A DNA stretch of 63,322 nucleotides, the filler included, from Folioceros fuciformis (lineage: Eukaryota), in assembly GCA_049999805.1 (NCBI GenBank). It is 8 parts of 8 records of this genome, joined end to end, with 100 filler letters (N's around TTAATTAATTAA, not from the genome) between each part and the next. Parts side by side here need not be neighbours in the genome. Positions count along the whole stretch, not along the records: positions 1 to 8,507 come from JBNGIO010006023.1; positions 8,608 to 15,241 come from JBNGIO010006024.1; 6 more parts are not named here. One strand, written 5' to 3'. How positions within the stretch are numbered: position 1 is the stretch's first letter; each line of letters begins with the position of its first letter. Shown one piece after another: positions 1-13,250 of this stretch. The notes under the pieces are model-generated. The model saw nothing but the letters and a program-made list of their open reading frames with translations, did no database searches and had not been told where the DNA came from. The translations under genes were made by a program, and so were the position numbers.

Positions 1-2234
1 TCAATAGAAGCATCATCCCTTGTTGTTTCTTCTAGGGCCACTGTAAAGTCATCATCATCATTCACAATAGACACATTTGGAATCTTAGTGATAGCAACTC
101 CATTTTCCTCAAAAATCACATCCCTACTAATTATGACACGCTTCGCTCCCTTGTCATACAATCGAAAAGCTTTTCTCTCCAAGTCATAACCTACAAAAAT
201 ACACTCCACTGACTTTGCCTCCAACTTGGATCTTATCTCCTTGGACTTATGCACAAATGCCTTGCACCCAAAGACATGCAAATGAGCAATGGAAGGCTTC
301 CTTCCGGTCCAACACTCTTCAGGTGTGATGCCCTCCAATGATGCAGTCACACTCCTATTTGTTAGATACACAGCAGTTGCAATAGCCTCACCCCAAAACT
401 CATATCCTAATTGTCCATGGTGCAACATACTTCTTGCACATTCTACCAAAGTTCTATTTTTGCGTTATGCAACTCCGTTTTGTTGAGGACTATAAGGTGC
501 TGAGAATTGATGAACAATTCCGTGCTCCTTGCAAAACATCTCAAATTCCTTGGACATGTACTCCCGTCCATTGTCACTTCGTAGAGTCTTGATCTTTCTC
601 CCAATTTGGTTCTCCACAAATGCTTTGTACTCCTTGAATTTGGAGAAGCATGCCTCCTTGGATTTCAAAAAATACGCCTTCGTATATCTAGACTTATCAT
701 CCGTGAAGGTAAGAAAATACTTCGCACCTCCTATGGATGTAGTCTTCATGGGACCACAGATGTCTGTATGCACCACCTCTAACAAATGATTGGATCTACT
801 TCCTTGCTTTAGAAATGGAAGGCGGTGTTGCTTACCCATAATACACCCTTTGCAAACGCCAATGTCTTTGTCTTCACCAAGATCAAGTCCTTGCACCATT
901 TTCTTATGATCCATGAGCTTGATGTTTTGAACGCCAAGATGTCCTAGCCTTTGGTGCCATAAGAGCAACTTGTTAGTGTTCTTTTGTACCACATTTGCCT
1001 CCTCAATGCTCGACCTCGGCATGACAACGCTCCCACTCAAGCAATAGAGCTTGCCAATCTTTTCTCCTTGTGCCCTCACTTCTCCGTGAGCATTAGTGAA
1101 AGACACATTAGATCTTTCAAATCTCACTACCAATCCTAGAGAGGTGGCTGCACTCACGGAAAACAAGTTCTTCCCCAAGCCTGGTACGTATAGCACCCTT
1201 TTCAACATCCCACGCACTACTCCGTTAGGTGTGGTCATAACCATTGCCACAACACCTTCCCCCTCACACATTTGGATTGAATTATCACCCAAATAGATCT
1301 TGGTAGCAGGAATGGACTTGAAAGATTGGAACCACTCACGCCTATTGGTCATGTGCTCCGTAGCTCCCGAATCAATGTACCATTCTTCGACTTGCTTGGA
1401 GGGATGATGTGTGCACACAAAAGCTTCCTCATACTCTTCCACGAAGTTTCCTTGACTCTTTGCCTTCTCATCTCGATCTCTCTTGAAGCAATTCCTTGCA
1501 AAATGTCCAACCTTGCCACAATAATTGCAAGTGAGATTAGATCTATGATTTCTCCCCGTGAATGAAGAGGCCTCGGTTTGTTTCACAAGGTTGGCTGATC
1601 CGTCGCCAATCTTCTTGGTCACAAAGGCTGATTCTTCCGATGTCTTCCCCTTCTCCTTTTGTTTGGTCTCCTCATGGAGTAGTCTTCCCACAACAACCTC
1701 AAATGTAAGAGCATCTACTCTTGATTCTAAAGCTACAATCAAATTGTTGTATGACTCCGGCAAGCTTGCAAGAAGAGTCATCACAAGGTCATCATCCGTC
1801 ACGGGAGCTCCAATGACTGCCAATTGTTGGGAAAGACTCCTCACCTTGTCTACGTGTTCAATCACACTATCACTCTCACCCATTTGAATGGAAAAGAATC
1901 TACGCCTTAAGAACAAGCGATTCACAAGGCTCTTGGTCTCATACAAAGCCTCTAATTTCAGCCAAGCCTCTCTTGTTGATTTGCAAGTGGTCACATGCAT
2001 CAATTGTGCATCTTCTAAGTTGAAACAAATATTTGCAAAGGCCTTGCCTGCAAGCTCATCCCACTTGGGCTGTCTCTCCACTTCATTTGGACGCTCCTCG
2101 GTCCCCGACACAATTCCCCAAAGGCCTTTTCCAGCCAACAACATTTGCATCTTGAACTTCCACAAGTTGAAGTTGTCACCTCCAAACTTTGAGATAACTT
2201 GTAGAGTGACAGTCCCTTGGGTGTGTGGGCCCAT
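1..2234 (-). mobile_element. Ty1/copia gag-protease-integrase, 5' part of polyprotein, truncated by window edge
   Basis: ORF 465-2234 has the CNYCGKVGHFARNC zinc knuckle, WYIDSGAT protease, WHQRLGH/CKGC integrase Zn domain, VHTDICGP, LRSDNG and PQQNGVA; integrase sequence continues past a premature stop toward position 1. Confidence 0.95.
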
Positions 2235-2238
2235 AACC
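2227..2238 (-). promoter_or_regulatory. Primer-binding site of half-tRNA-iMet type (GGTTATGGGCCC)
   Basis: Minus strand reads GGTTATGGGCCC directly after the LTR end, matching the Drosophila copia-type PBS. Confidence 0.85.
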
Positions 2239-2618
2239 TATTGAGATGTCACCCCCGCCATGCTCAAAAGAGGTTAAAACAAGTTAGTTGAAGTAAGATG
2301 CAGAATCCCAAAAATAAGAGCACTATAACAAGGCTCTTAAACTCAAATAAAAGGAGAATTACAAAAACAACACAATACAAGTGAAGAGGGAGTTAGACTA
2401 CGAATACTAGGTGGGTTCATCCCTTCTTTTATGGACCTATGGGTGGCACTCTCATTTCGTGCCCAATATGGGATAAATGACCCCAAACCCTACAATACCT
2501 TTTTGCCTAACATAACAAAGTCTAATAAGGTATATATATATTAATCATAACCTTAATCACTCTTACCACTAATTAGTACAAACTCAATAAACTGGATTAG
2601 CTTTAATTAATCTCAACA
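2239..2618 (-). repeat. 5' LTR (380 bp) of the Copia at 1-2234
   Basis: Minus-strand ends TGTTGAGA...TCTCAATA (inverted termini, CA mutated to TA), abuts the PBS. Confidence 0.85.
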
Positions 2619-3350
2619 TTAATCATGCTTAACAACTACCTCCCATGACCTTCTTTGAGTTAGTGGGAGCACTTCTTCAAGAAGAAGCCACAAGAGGTGG
2701 ACCTAAGCATGGGAAACAGCAAGCACTCTACACCTCAAATAAGGGTAGAGGAAATAAACCATACCCTAGAGGCAAAAATACTACACCTGTTGCAGGGAGC
2801 TCACAGGGAGCTTCCTCACAAAAGAAACCCAAAAAGACCGGGAAATGCAACTGGTGCAAAATTCCTGGCCATTGGGAAAACGAGTATCGTAAAAAGCAGG
2901 CTGGCATACCTCGCAAGGAGGGGGCAATGCGAATACTGAAACACACATCGTAGTAAAGAAGCAATCCTCCCCTTCTGCCCTGACAGTAGGGCTAAGGGAG
3001 TTTGATCAACCTCTAGTCTTTCCCACATGCTTACATGCAATAGCGGAGTCTAGACCATTTCAAGAGTGGTACTTAGACATAGGTGCAACAACGCACATTT
3101 GCTTTGATAGCAGTGCCTTCGCCACCTACAGGCAAGTAAAGGATCAGTTTGTCCATTTAGGTGATGACAAGGCATTGGTATCTCCAGGTAAGGGCACAGT
3201 GTTCCTTCCTGTTCCTTCAGGGCTAAAATTGTCCCTTACCAATGTTTACTATGTGCTTGGAATGACTAACAACCTCATTTCTGTCAGGCAATTAAACATA
3301 GACAACAATAGTCACATTCTGTTTACCACTACAGAGTGTTAGATCCTAGA
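2619..3350 (+). pseudogene. Copia gag C-terminus and protease fragment
   Basis: GALLQEE, decayed knuckle CNWCKIPGHWENEY, WYLDIGATTHIC, NLISVRQL; frameshifted. Confidence 0.85.
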
Positions 3351-3864
3351 TATCCCTTCACCACCACGTATAGGTTTGGTAGGGAAGGGATCCACTTGTT
3401 CTTCAACTTGAGGTTCCTTCCCTACGTAGGGTGAGGATGTTCCCTTCGTAGGTAGGGAGGGTCCCTAGTGCTCCCTTCGTAGGTAGGTTCCCTATGCCTC
3501 CTCTCGTAGGTAGGTTCCCTACCATTCCCACCCACTGTCGTAGGTAGACAGCCTACCCCATTGCCGTAGGTGGGGTGTCTACCATATAAGTACCTTCCCT
3601 ACTTACGTGAGTATCTTCCATTTTCCCCACATAGGTGCTCTCTCTACGTATGTAGGTAGACATCCTACTATGTAGGTATCTTCTTATTCTAACCTACTAG
3701 AATAGAACTAAAAAACTCCATAAAAACCTTCACTAGTCGATCACTACCTACTATGGGCACTTGCCCCAAAACCTACCTTCCACATGCCTCCCTTCGAACT
3801 ATTCTGAACAAAAAGAAACCAAGTTAGACTTTCCTAGACTGATTACCAAGCTTTTCCGTTCCAC
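3351..3864 (-). mobile_element. Deleted fragment related to the 23961-28240 element, lying where the host Copia integrase is missing
   Basis: 3351-3450 is the reverse-complement homologue of ~27080-27175; 3745-3784 is homologous to the 23961 terminus (…TTCCACA); host RT resumes at 3865. Confidence 0.7.
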
Positions 3865-5342
3865 AAATGGCAATTGGGAACTCGCAAAATTACTTCCTGG
3901 ACGCAAGATGGTGTCCTGTAAATGGGTATTTAAATTCAAGGTTAAAGCAGATGGTACCTTTGACAGGTACAAAGCCAGGCTCGTTGCTCGTGGCTTTTCC
4001 CAAGTACCAGGTCTGTATTATCTGGAACTTATGCTCCTGTGGTGAAGCTAGCCACGTTTTGTGTCCTCTGTGTAGTAGCAGCACACCATGACTATGAGTT
4101 GGAAATGTTTGACGTTAAAATAGCCTTCTTACATGGCAAGCTAGATACTAAAATCTATATGTAGTAACCAACGAGCTATATAGTGAAGGGAAAAGAGGAC
4201 CATGTCCTTCCCCTAATCAAAACTCTGTATGGTTTAAAACAGTCTGCTTTTGAATGGAATGAAATCTTGGATGAGGAACTGCGAGCTTTAGGCTTTATCA
4301 AATGTGTTTCAGACAGTAGCCTGTACGTTTACAGCGCTGGGGACACTGTATGTTACCTTGCTGTGTACGTGGACGACTTGATACTCGCATGTAACAGTCC
4401 CTCATTCATCATAAAGATTAATGGCCTAGTATCTAAGAAGTTTGAGATGTCAAACTTAGGAGCTTTACAAAGCTGCCTTGGCATTCATATTTAGAGAGAT
4501 TGAAAGAAGAGAGTCTTAACTCTCACTCAACCCAGATACCTTCTTGATAGTGCAAACCAGCTTGGACTCAAAGCTGCGAAGCCTGCAGTCACACCATTAC
4601 CAAGTGGACTTAAGCTCAGCAAATCCATGAGTCCACAAACGCAAGCTGAAAAGGACAAGATGCTTCCTATCCCTTACCACGAAGCAGTAGGAAAGCTCAT
4701 ATATGCAGCAAACACTACTCGTCCTGAAGTGGCATATTCCACAAGTGTGCTTTCACAATACTTAGAAAACCCTGCACAGGAGCATTGGACTTGTGTTAAA
4801 AGGGTATTACGATACTTAAAGGGGACATCACAGTATGGAATCGTTTACAAATAAAACCTGATGCCGCTCTTGAATGAGATGTATGTACCGATTCAGACTA
4901 CACTGGTGACATAGATAGTAGAAGATCTGTCTCTGGATATATCGTCATGTTTACTGGGGGACCAATCTGTTGGTCCAGCAAGAAGCAACCAACAGTTGCC
5001 CTTTCAAGCACAGAAGCTGAGTACCGTGTCCTCACAGCCGCTACTAAAGAAATTGCTTGGTGTAAGTTGCTTTTCAGTGAGCTCGGACTACCTCTCCCCA
5101 CCTGCACAGTGATCAAAACAGACAGTCAGGGCTCTATAAACCTTGCACAAAACCCTGTGCATCACTCACGGACAAAACATGTTGAGGTGGAGTATCATTT
5201 CATCAGAGATTTGATCAAGAGTGGACAGGTTATACTCAAGTATGTGCCAACAATAGAAAATCCAGCATACGTTATGACAAAAGCCCTAGGTAGGGAGTTG
5301 CACGAGAGGAGGATGAAATGTCTTGGAATGGGGAAGCCTAGT
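3865..5342 (+). pseudogene. Copia reverse transcriptase and RNase H, decayed
   Basis: CKWVFK, YKARLVARG, LYGLKQS, YVDDL, WSSKKQPTVALSSTEAEY, HSRTKH; several stops and frameshifts. Confidence 0.95.
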
Positions 5343-5669
5343 TGTAGGATCACTAGAGGAGCATGGTGGAGGAGAGGAGAAGAGGAGGCAGAGAGGAGAG
5401 GAGAAAAAGAGGTCACATTGAGAGTGGTTGGCAAGGGAGCTCAAGGGGGTATTTATACCCTCTAGAAGAGCTCCCTAGGAAGCTTCACAAGAAGCTCACA
5501 AGAAGCTGCGCAAGAAGCTTCCTACAGATTAGCTTAAGCTAATCTAAACTAATGATACTTAACTAGACACTAATCTTAGACTAAACACATTAGTCTAAGC
5601 ACATTAACTAGACACTAATCTTAGACTAAACACATTAGCCTAAGCACATTGGGCTTTAATAACCCTACA
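5343..5669 (-). repeat. 3' LTR (family A, 327 bp) of the Copia at 5712-8507
   Basis: TGTAGG..CCTACA termini; preceded on minus strand by PPT AAGTGGGAGGT (5670-5680); near-identical to 55473-55844 and related to the LTRs at 19537 and 22093. Confidence 0.92.
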
Positions 5670-5711
5670 ACCTCCCACTTAAAGGCCAATTTACCTTCAT
5701 AAGAGAGTGGT

Positions 5712-8507
5712 CTAGCTCATGCCCATGAGTGTCCGAGTTTGTGCGAATTGCTCCGTAGAGAGACCCTTGGTAAGAACATCTGCAGGGTTCTGACTGGTGT
5801 GAACTTTGACAAGTTGTACCCTCTTGTCTTCCAACACCTCTCGAATGAAGTGATACTTCACTTCCACATGTTTGGTCTTCGCATGAAACACTGGATTCTT
5901 CGCCAACTGGATAGCACTCTGGCTATCACAATGCAACACTGGCAGCTCACCCTTGATCCCCAAATCTCCCACTAAACGAGCAAGCCACCTGGCTTCCTTG
6001 CAAGCCTCAGTTGCTGCAACATACTCGGCCTCTGTGGTAGATAGCGTTATGCACGATTGCAAACGAGATCGCCATGAGACTGCCCCTCCAATGCACATGA
6101 AGACATAACCTGATGTGGACCTCCTTTTGTCCATATCCCCTGCATAATCAGCATCCGTATATCCCACTACAGATGCATCTTCACTACCAAAACATAAGCA
6201 CAAAGCTTTTGTACCATTCAAATACCTCATAACTCCTTTCACTGCCTCCCAATGCTTCCTGCCAAGGTTTGACATGAACCTGCTTACCACTCCCACTACA
6301 AAAGCAATGTTAGGACGTGTAGCAATCATTGCATACATCAAACTCCCTACAGCTGATGAGTATGGAACCTTCTCTATTTCAACTTTATCCTCCGCAGAAC
6401 TTGGGCAATCCTTGCTCGAAAGTTTCACATATGGAGGCAACGGAGTACTTAAGACCTTCCCCTTCTCCATATTGAAACGTTGAGGCACCTTGTTAATGTA
6501 TTCTGTCTGAGACAAGTACATCAAACGTTTCTGTCTGTCTCGACGAATACGCATGCCAAGAATATGGCTTGCCTCTCCCAAGTCTGTCATGTCAAAGCGA
6601 CCATTCAACTTTAACTGCAACGTTGAAATCTCATCACTGTTAGTCCCAGCAATTAGCATATCATCCACATAGAGGACTAGAATGAGCAAGCTTCCATCCT
6701 TAGCTTGCTTTGTATAGAGGCAATGATCCATATCGCTACGCTTGTAGCCTTGAGAAAGCATAAATGAGTGGAACTTGAAATACCACTCCCTGGGTGCCTG
6801 CTTCAAACCATAAAGGCTCTTCTTTAACTTGCACACCAGACTCTCTTTGCCCTTCTCAATGAAACCCTCTGGTTGTTGCATGTATACCTCTTCCTGGAGA
6901 TCACCATGCAGAAATGCCGACTTCACATCCATCTGGACAAGTTCCATGTCGTTCCTCGCAACCAGACCAAGAACACATCTCAAGGTAGTCATTTTGACAA
7001 CTAGTGAGAAAATCTCATCAAAGTCAATACCTTGCTGTTGCTTAAAACCTTTAGCAACCAATCGTGCCTTGTACTTGGGTTTGCCATAATGGGGTATGTC
7101 CTTCATCTTATACACCCATTTGCATGGCAACGCCTTCTTGCCCTTAGGCAACCGAACCAACTCCCAAGTTTGGTTCTTATGGAGCGAATCCATCTGCGAC
7201 TGCATCGCCTTCTCCCACTTGTTTTTGTCAGTCACTGACATGGCCTCTTGGTAACAAGAGGGCTCCCCACAATCCGTCAGCATGACATAATCAAGAGATG
7301 CAACATACCTGTCAGGAGGACGTGAGATCCTTCCTGACCTACGAAGCATTGGCGCCTCGACCGGAGCTGGTTGCACTCTCTCCTCGTCTACAAGTGGAGG
7401 AACTTGTTCCTGCACATCATGATGTTCAGCCTACGCGGGACGGTCAAGTCCATCTTCTTGGAAGACCACCCGTCGCACCTCCACATTTGGAGTAGGCTTC
7501 TTGTGCATCTTGGTCTCATTGAAGAACACATCATTGCTGCGAACCATCCTCTTTTCTTCTGGATCCCACAGACGGTATCCTATCTCACCAGATTCACCAT
7601 AGCCAAGAAAAATACATTTTCTTGACTTAGAAGCCAACTTGTCGCGAAACTCCTTCGGAACATGATAGTATGCCTCGCAGCCAAACACTCGTAGATGTTT
7701 GTATGACGGCTTCTTTCCACACCACATCTCCTCTGGAACCTGTTCATCCACAGCCCTATTAGGAGATCTGTTAATAAGATGCACTGCCGTAACCACCGCT
7801 TCCCCCCAAAATCCGTTAGGCAATCCAGAGTTTGACAACAAACTACACATCCTCTCCTGGATGGTCCTGTTCATCCGCTCAGCCACACCATTCTGGGGAG
7901 GAGTATACGGTGCAGTCAATTCTCTCTTGATTCCCTTGGAATCACAGAATGACTGGAAAGCCTTCGAGACATACTCTCCCCCATTGTCTGTCCTTAGACA
8001 CTTCAGCCGGAGGCCAGACTCATTCTCCACAAGGGTGACGAATTTCTGAAACACTGTCAGAACATCATCCTTTTTCCTCAAAGGATAAACCCACACCTTG
8101 CGTGAGAAGTCATCAATGAAAGTGACAAAATAAGATGCACCGCCTAACGACACAGTGGGCATAGGTCCACAAATGTCATTGTGAACCAATTCAAGAGGTT
8201 TACTTTTGTGTTTACCTCTTGCTCCATGTGGTGACTTCGTCTGTTTTCCATACAAACAGTGCTCACACACGGAGAAATCGGAGAAGTCAAGAGCAGGGAC
8301 GTAACCAAAACAAGATAAGATCTTCATTCCTTTCTGAGACATGTCCTAATCGACTATGCCACAAGGAAACACTTGGCTGTTCCGCTACACAAATCACATG
8401 ATCCTTGGCAGTGGTTACCTGAAGTGAGTACAAAGTGCCACACTTCGATCCACGAGCTATCACAAGAGAACCTTTGGAGATCTTCCAAGAACGATCTCCA
8501 AACCAAC
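5712..8507 (-). mobile_element. Copia integrase-RT-RNase H (Tnt1/Tork-like), truncated by spacer
   Basis: ORF 7431-8342 (CEHC, DICGP, RTDNGGEY, NGVAERMN) and ORF 5712-7415 (YKARLVAKG, YVDDML, LSTTEAEY, ADVLTK); Tork-like assignment inferred from motif style. Confidence 0.95.
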
Positions 8508-8607
8508 NNNNNNNNNNNNNNNNNNNNNNNNNNNNNNNNNNNNNNNNNNNNTTAATTAATTAANNNNNNNNNNNNNNNNNNNNNNNNNNNNNNNNNNNNN
8601 NNNNNNN
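8508..8607. other. Artificial contig spacer 44N-TTAATTAATTAA-44N
   Basis: Identical linker with stops in all six frames recurs at 15242-15341, 28874-28973, 36217-36316, 40784-40883, 46557-46656 and 60584-60683. Confidence 0.98.
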
Positions 8608-11600
8608 GATGTATTGCTTCCTTGTCCAGCGAGTAGGTGGACGAATCGGCCCTACAAAGTCGATCCCCCACTTCTCGAACGGAGCCAACGGCAAAATGTA
8701 GGTCAACGGCCACCTGGTTGTCAATGTGGGTCTCCCTACCCTTTGACAAGCATCACACCTTCTTACAAACTCCCACACATCCCTCTGCATGGTAGCCCAC
8801 CAAAACCCAGTATCCAAGATCTTCTTGATGGTAATGGGGACTGAATAGTGGCCTCCTACCTCTTCCGCATGCAAAGCTTTGGTCACCACAACACCTTCAT
8901 TCACTTCCAAACAACGCCTCACCTTACCATCTGGGCCTAGTTTGTACAAGACCCCTTGCTTCAAACAATATGGGCCTATCTTGTGCAAGAACACTGCCCT
9001 ACCCTCGCGGCTCAATCCAGCTGGCATGATTCCAAACTCCAAAAATCTCCTCACCTCGGCTGGTAGCAATTGCCTAGCACAAGGCCTTCCCAACCTGTCG
9101 CTACGGCAGCTTCTCTTCCTTCGAGCCTGGCTGACCTTCTGGCTGCTCTCAACCCTTGTAGAGGTTGCTCCTCCCTTACTGGCAACCTGTTCATTGAACT
9201 CTCCCTCTTCTACCATATGTACAGCAGCAATCAACTCCTCATCAAGAAACCTGTTATCCGTTTCTCTAACCTTCCCTTTGGTTTTGAGTCTAGAAACAAA
9301 GTCAGCATTAACATGGCTCTCCCCTGCTCTTGTTTCCACCTCAAAATCAAACTCCTGCAGCAAGAGAATCCACCTAGCGATCCTTCCCGATAGGTTAGGC
9401 TTGTTCACAAGATACTTCAGAGCAAAGTGGTCCATATGAAATACTACCTTGCAAGATAGACGGTAGTGACGGAACTTCTTACAAGCGTAGATGATGCCCA
9501 AAGCCTCTCTCTCCATTGTGGAGTAGTTCCTCTCCGCATCCGTGAGTTGCCTTCCGGCATAGAAGATAGGGTGGTCCCTCTTCTTGTCATCTTGTTGGCT
9601 GAGGATGGCCCCTATAGCATAGGCTGACACATCCACATACACATGAAAGGTCTTCTCCCAATTTGGTGGGCTCAATGTGGGTGCTGCCACCAAACTCCTC
9701 TTCAAGTCCTGAAATGCCTCCTCCCTCTCCGGGGTCCACTCATACGACACATCCTTCTTCGTTAGCTGGGTCAAAGCTGTAGCCTCCTTAGCAAAATCCT
9801 TGATGAATCTCCTGTAGTAGCCCACCAACCCAATGAAGGCTCTAACCTGTCTCACGCTCTGAGGTGCATCCATCTCCGAGATGATCTTCACCTTTTCCAT
9901 GTCGACTTGCAACCCCCTGGCTGAAACTCTGTGGGCTAGCAAGATACCCTCCGTCATGCAAAAGAAACACTTCCCCGGATGCAACTTGAGGTTAGTCTCC
10001 CTACACCTCTGCAAGCACTTCCTCAGCTGTTCCAAGTGTAGGTTCCTCCTTCCAAAGACACAAGTCATCCAAGAACACCTCCATGAACTTCCGAAGGAAA
10101 TCCTTGAAAATGGTATTCACCACCCGCTGGAAAGTTGCCGGAACGTTGCAGAGCCCAAAAGGCAGCTTGGTGTAGGCGTAGGTCCCCCAATCAGTTGTGA
10201 AAGTCGTCTTGTCATGATCCTCCTCCCGCAGTGTGATCTGATTGTAACCTGAATACCCATCCAGAAAACTATAAATCTCATGTCTTGCAACCGTGTCCAG
10301 CACACTGTCCATGAAAGGGAGTGGATGATGGTCTTTCTTGGTCGCCTCATTGAGCTTCCTGAAGTCCTGGCAAACCCTCACCTTGCCAGCTTGCTTCTTA
10401 GGCACCACCACAATTGGAGCTACCCACTCACTAGTTAGGACATGATAGATGACTCCAGCCTCCAAGTACTGATCCAACTGCTCCTTCACAACCATGGAGT
10501 ACTTTGGGTTTAATCGATATTGCTTCACCCGAACCGGTGTGCTTCCCTCCTTGAGATCTATCCTATGAACACCCAGCTCCTCCGGAACACCTGTCATGTC
10601 CGTCACCTTGAAGGCAAACACATCCAAATATTCAGTCAACAGTGCCTTCAAACCTACCTTCTCCTTGGGTGTGAGGTACTTGGACACCTTGACCTTCTTC
10701 CCTAGGGCGAACTCCATGTCCTCGACAACATCTGGATCCACGTAAACTCCTTCGGGACTACTCCCTACACTTGTTCCTGATCCATCTTTCGGGAAATCGT
10801 AGTCATAGGCCTTCCCCTTCCAAAAGGCAGCTCCTTCCCTTTGCTCTTCATCCCCCTGTGGATCTTCATTCTCCACCACTTCAGTATGGAAACAAGTCAC
10901 CTCTTGACCCAAATCCACCATCCTGACAGTATGCCCTACTCCCTTGTAGGCTCCTGTACTACTGGAAGTGCTACCTCCAGCAGTACCGGATGTGTACCCG
11001 GGGGATGGTCCTGCTGTTTCTCCCCCATAGAGAGCTTTGCTCCACGAGACAAATGAAACTTCTGCAGGTCCTGTAGGTTTAGACCTAAAGGTCACACCTT
11101 TCCTGCCAAAATCAAACACACAAGCTGTCCTGTATAACCACGGCCTCCCAAGGAGCACCTTGTACCCTAGGTCAGACACTAGCCTCATGACAATGTAGGT
11201 CAGCTTGAATGTGATCCCTCCTATCACCGTGGGCACATCCTTCAACACTCGTAGAGGCTTCCTCTTGGTCTGGTCTGCCATCCAAAGGTACACGCGAATA
11301 GGGTCAAACTCCGTGAACCCCAAACGATGGGTTGTGTCCTCCGTCATGAGATTGACACCAAACCCTGTATCCAACGGTACATCCGGCACCAGACAACCTG
11401 CAATCTCCACCTCTATTTCAGGAGCTCCACAATCAGCTAACTCCACTGAACTCATCCAGGTCAAGACTGTCTTCCCTTCGAGTGGCTCCGGTATCCCTCG
11501 GATGGCCTCCTTCACGATCTTCCTGGCCTTGGGACTAACGGACAAGAGCTGTCTCAGGCTCACCACAAACTCCTGGTCAAGCAAGGTGTCAGCAAATCCA

Positions 11601-13250
11601 GCAACCTTCATGGCCAAGGCCTCCCTTGCTGTTGTTGTCTTAGGAGGATTGATCCCTCCATCCTCCTCACTTCGATCAACCTTCTCTCCTTCCTATTCCT
11701 TCTCCAAGGGACTTGCACTCTCCACCACCCCTGTCACAAGAGGGTCTGCAAACATGACCTTCTTAGACCGGTGCATCAGCCTAGTCAGCTCTTCCTCCAG
11801 CATTGCAGCAACCTCCTTACTGATGTCGGGTGGGAATGCTGATTCTTCAGCCTCTCCTTCAGCTAGTTCACCTTCCTCTCGATGAGGTGGATCAACCTCT
11901 TGCCTAGTCGGCACATCATTCTTCCCTTGCTGGACGAGTGGTTCCTCCCTTGCCTGTGGTGGTTTAGGAGTGTTGTCACGTTCTCTCCTCCTCCTCTTCT
12001 CTTCCTTCTTCGTCCTCTCCCTATAACAACGTTCGGAACGAGTGGTGACCCTGGCCACCATGACTTCTTCACCATCGCTAGCTTCGCTTGAATATCCCTC
12101 CTCCACAATGCCAGAAAATGCTTGAGAGTCAATCAAAGGCTCCTCCTCAGCCTCCACCGACAACACAGGTGCGCTTGTCACCGGAGCTGCTGTCTCCACC
12201 ACAGGAGGAAGTCCCTCTTGTGGTGCCTCCGTGATCCTCACCCCGGATCTAGGCAGCACATGTCTAGGGATGCCCGAACACCTTGGGTCCCCAGCCCTAT
12301 GCCCTGGATCCTTGCACACCTGACAAAACGGCACAAATCCAAGTTGCCGACGTGGCTCTGTGCACTCGTTAGCATAGTGTCATGACAAGCCACAATTAAA
12401 ACAACAACCTGCTGCCACCACTTGTGGATGCTGGGACGGATCTGGCCTCCAAGGTCCTGGAGATACCGGACGAGGACCATACCTCATTCTAGGAGGTCCT
12501 GGTGGTTGGAAAGATGGCCGAATGGACTGTGGTGGTCGAGGAGCAGTCACAGCCTATACTTGATAGGAGTCATCCACGTACCAATAGTCTCCTGGTAGGT
12601 AGGCGTCAACTTGGTTGACGGCATGGCGTGGAGCCCTAGTGCACTCTTGGTGAGTGTGTCCTGATTGGTGACAAATAAAATAGTACATCAGCTGCCTACC
12701 CGGTGAAGGTGACCTCCTTGGTGCTTGGTTGCGTACAGCCTTCACCTCCAACTCGGCCAGCCTCCTCGTCAATGCCTCAACCTGACTAGTCAGTCCTCCA
12801 CCACTTGAGGACGGCTCACCTCTCTCCATCCTATAGGATCCTTTGCCTCTCCTGTCCTTCTCAGCTCGACGATCCTCATCCTCCTCACGCCTCTTGCGTG
12901 CTTTCTCCAGATCCTTCCTCATCCTCTTCTCATAAGCCCTATCGGACTCCTCATCACTGTAAGGATCCGACACAAGGCTGTCATAATCCGAATCAGAGTG
13001 AGACAGTGACCTAGACCTTGAAGAGGAAGATGGGATGTGATGCCTCGACCTCCTATGATGCCCATACTTCCGGTTCTGCTTCCTCTTCTCTCTGCTCAAC
13101 TCCAACAGCTCAAAATCTTCAGCAGCCTTCAAAGCCTCCTGCAAAGTGGTCACACCTCTTGTGCAGTAGGTTGCCATCCGATCGGGTAGTCCTCCAGCAA
13201 ACCAATCCAAAGCTTGAGCATCTGTGTACCCTGGAGTACTCGGACCTCCT
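8608..13250 (-). mobile_element. Ty3/gypsy gag-pol (non-chromovirus-like), decayed, both ends missing
   Basis: Order gag (WFAGGL, zinc knuckles), PR (LDTG), RT (QDFRKLN, LDGYSGYNQI, FLDD), RNase H (DVSAYAIGAILSQ, LLQEFDF), INT (H..H..CDAC, WGIDFVGP). Confidence 0.93.

Noticed and set aside
529-2244. Plus-strand ORFs opposite pol here and throughout the window
   Set aside because: Shadow ORFs antisense to genuine gag-pol coding sequence
8508-8607. Recurring TTAATTAATTAA palindrome as a biological motif
   Set aside because: Always centred in 44N+44N; it is an assembly linker with stops in all six frames
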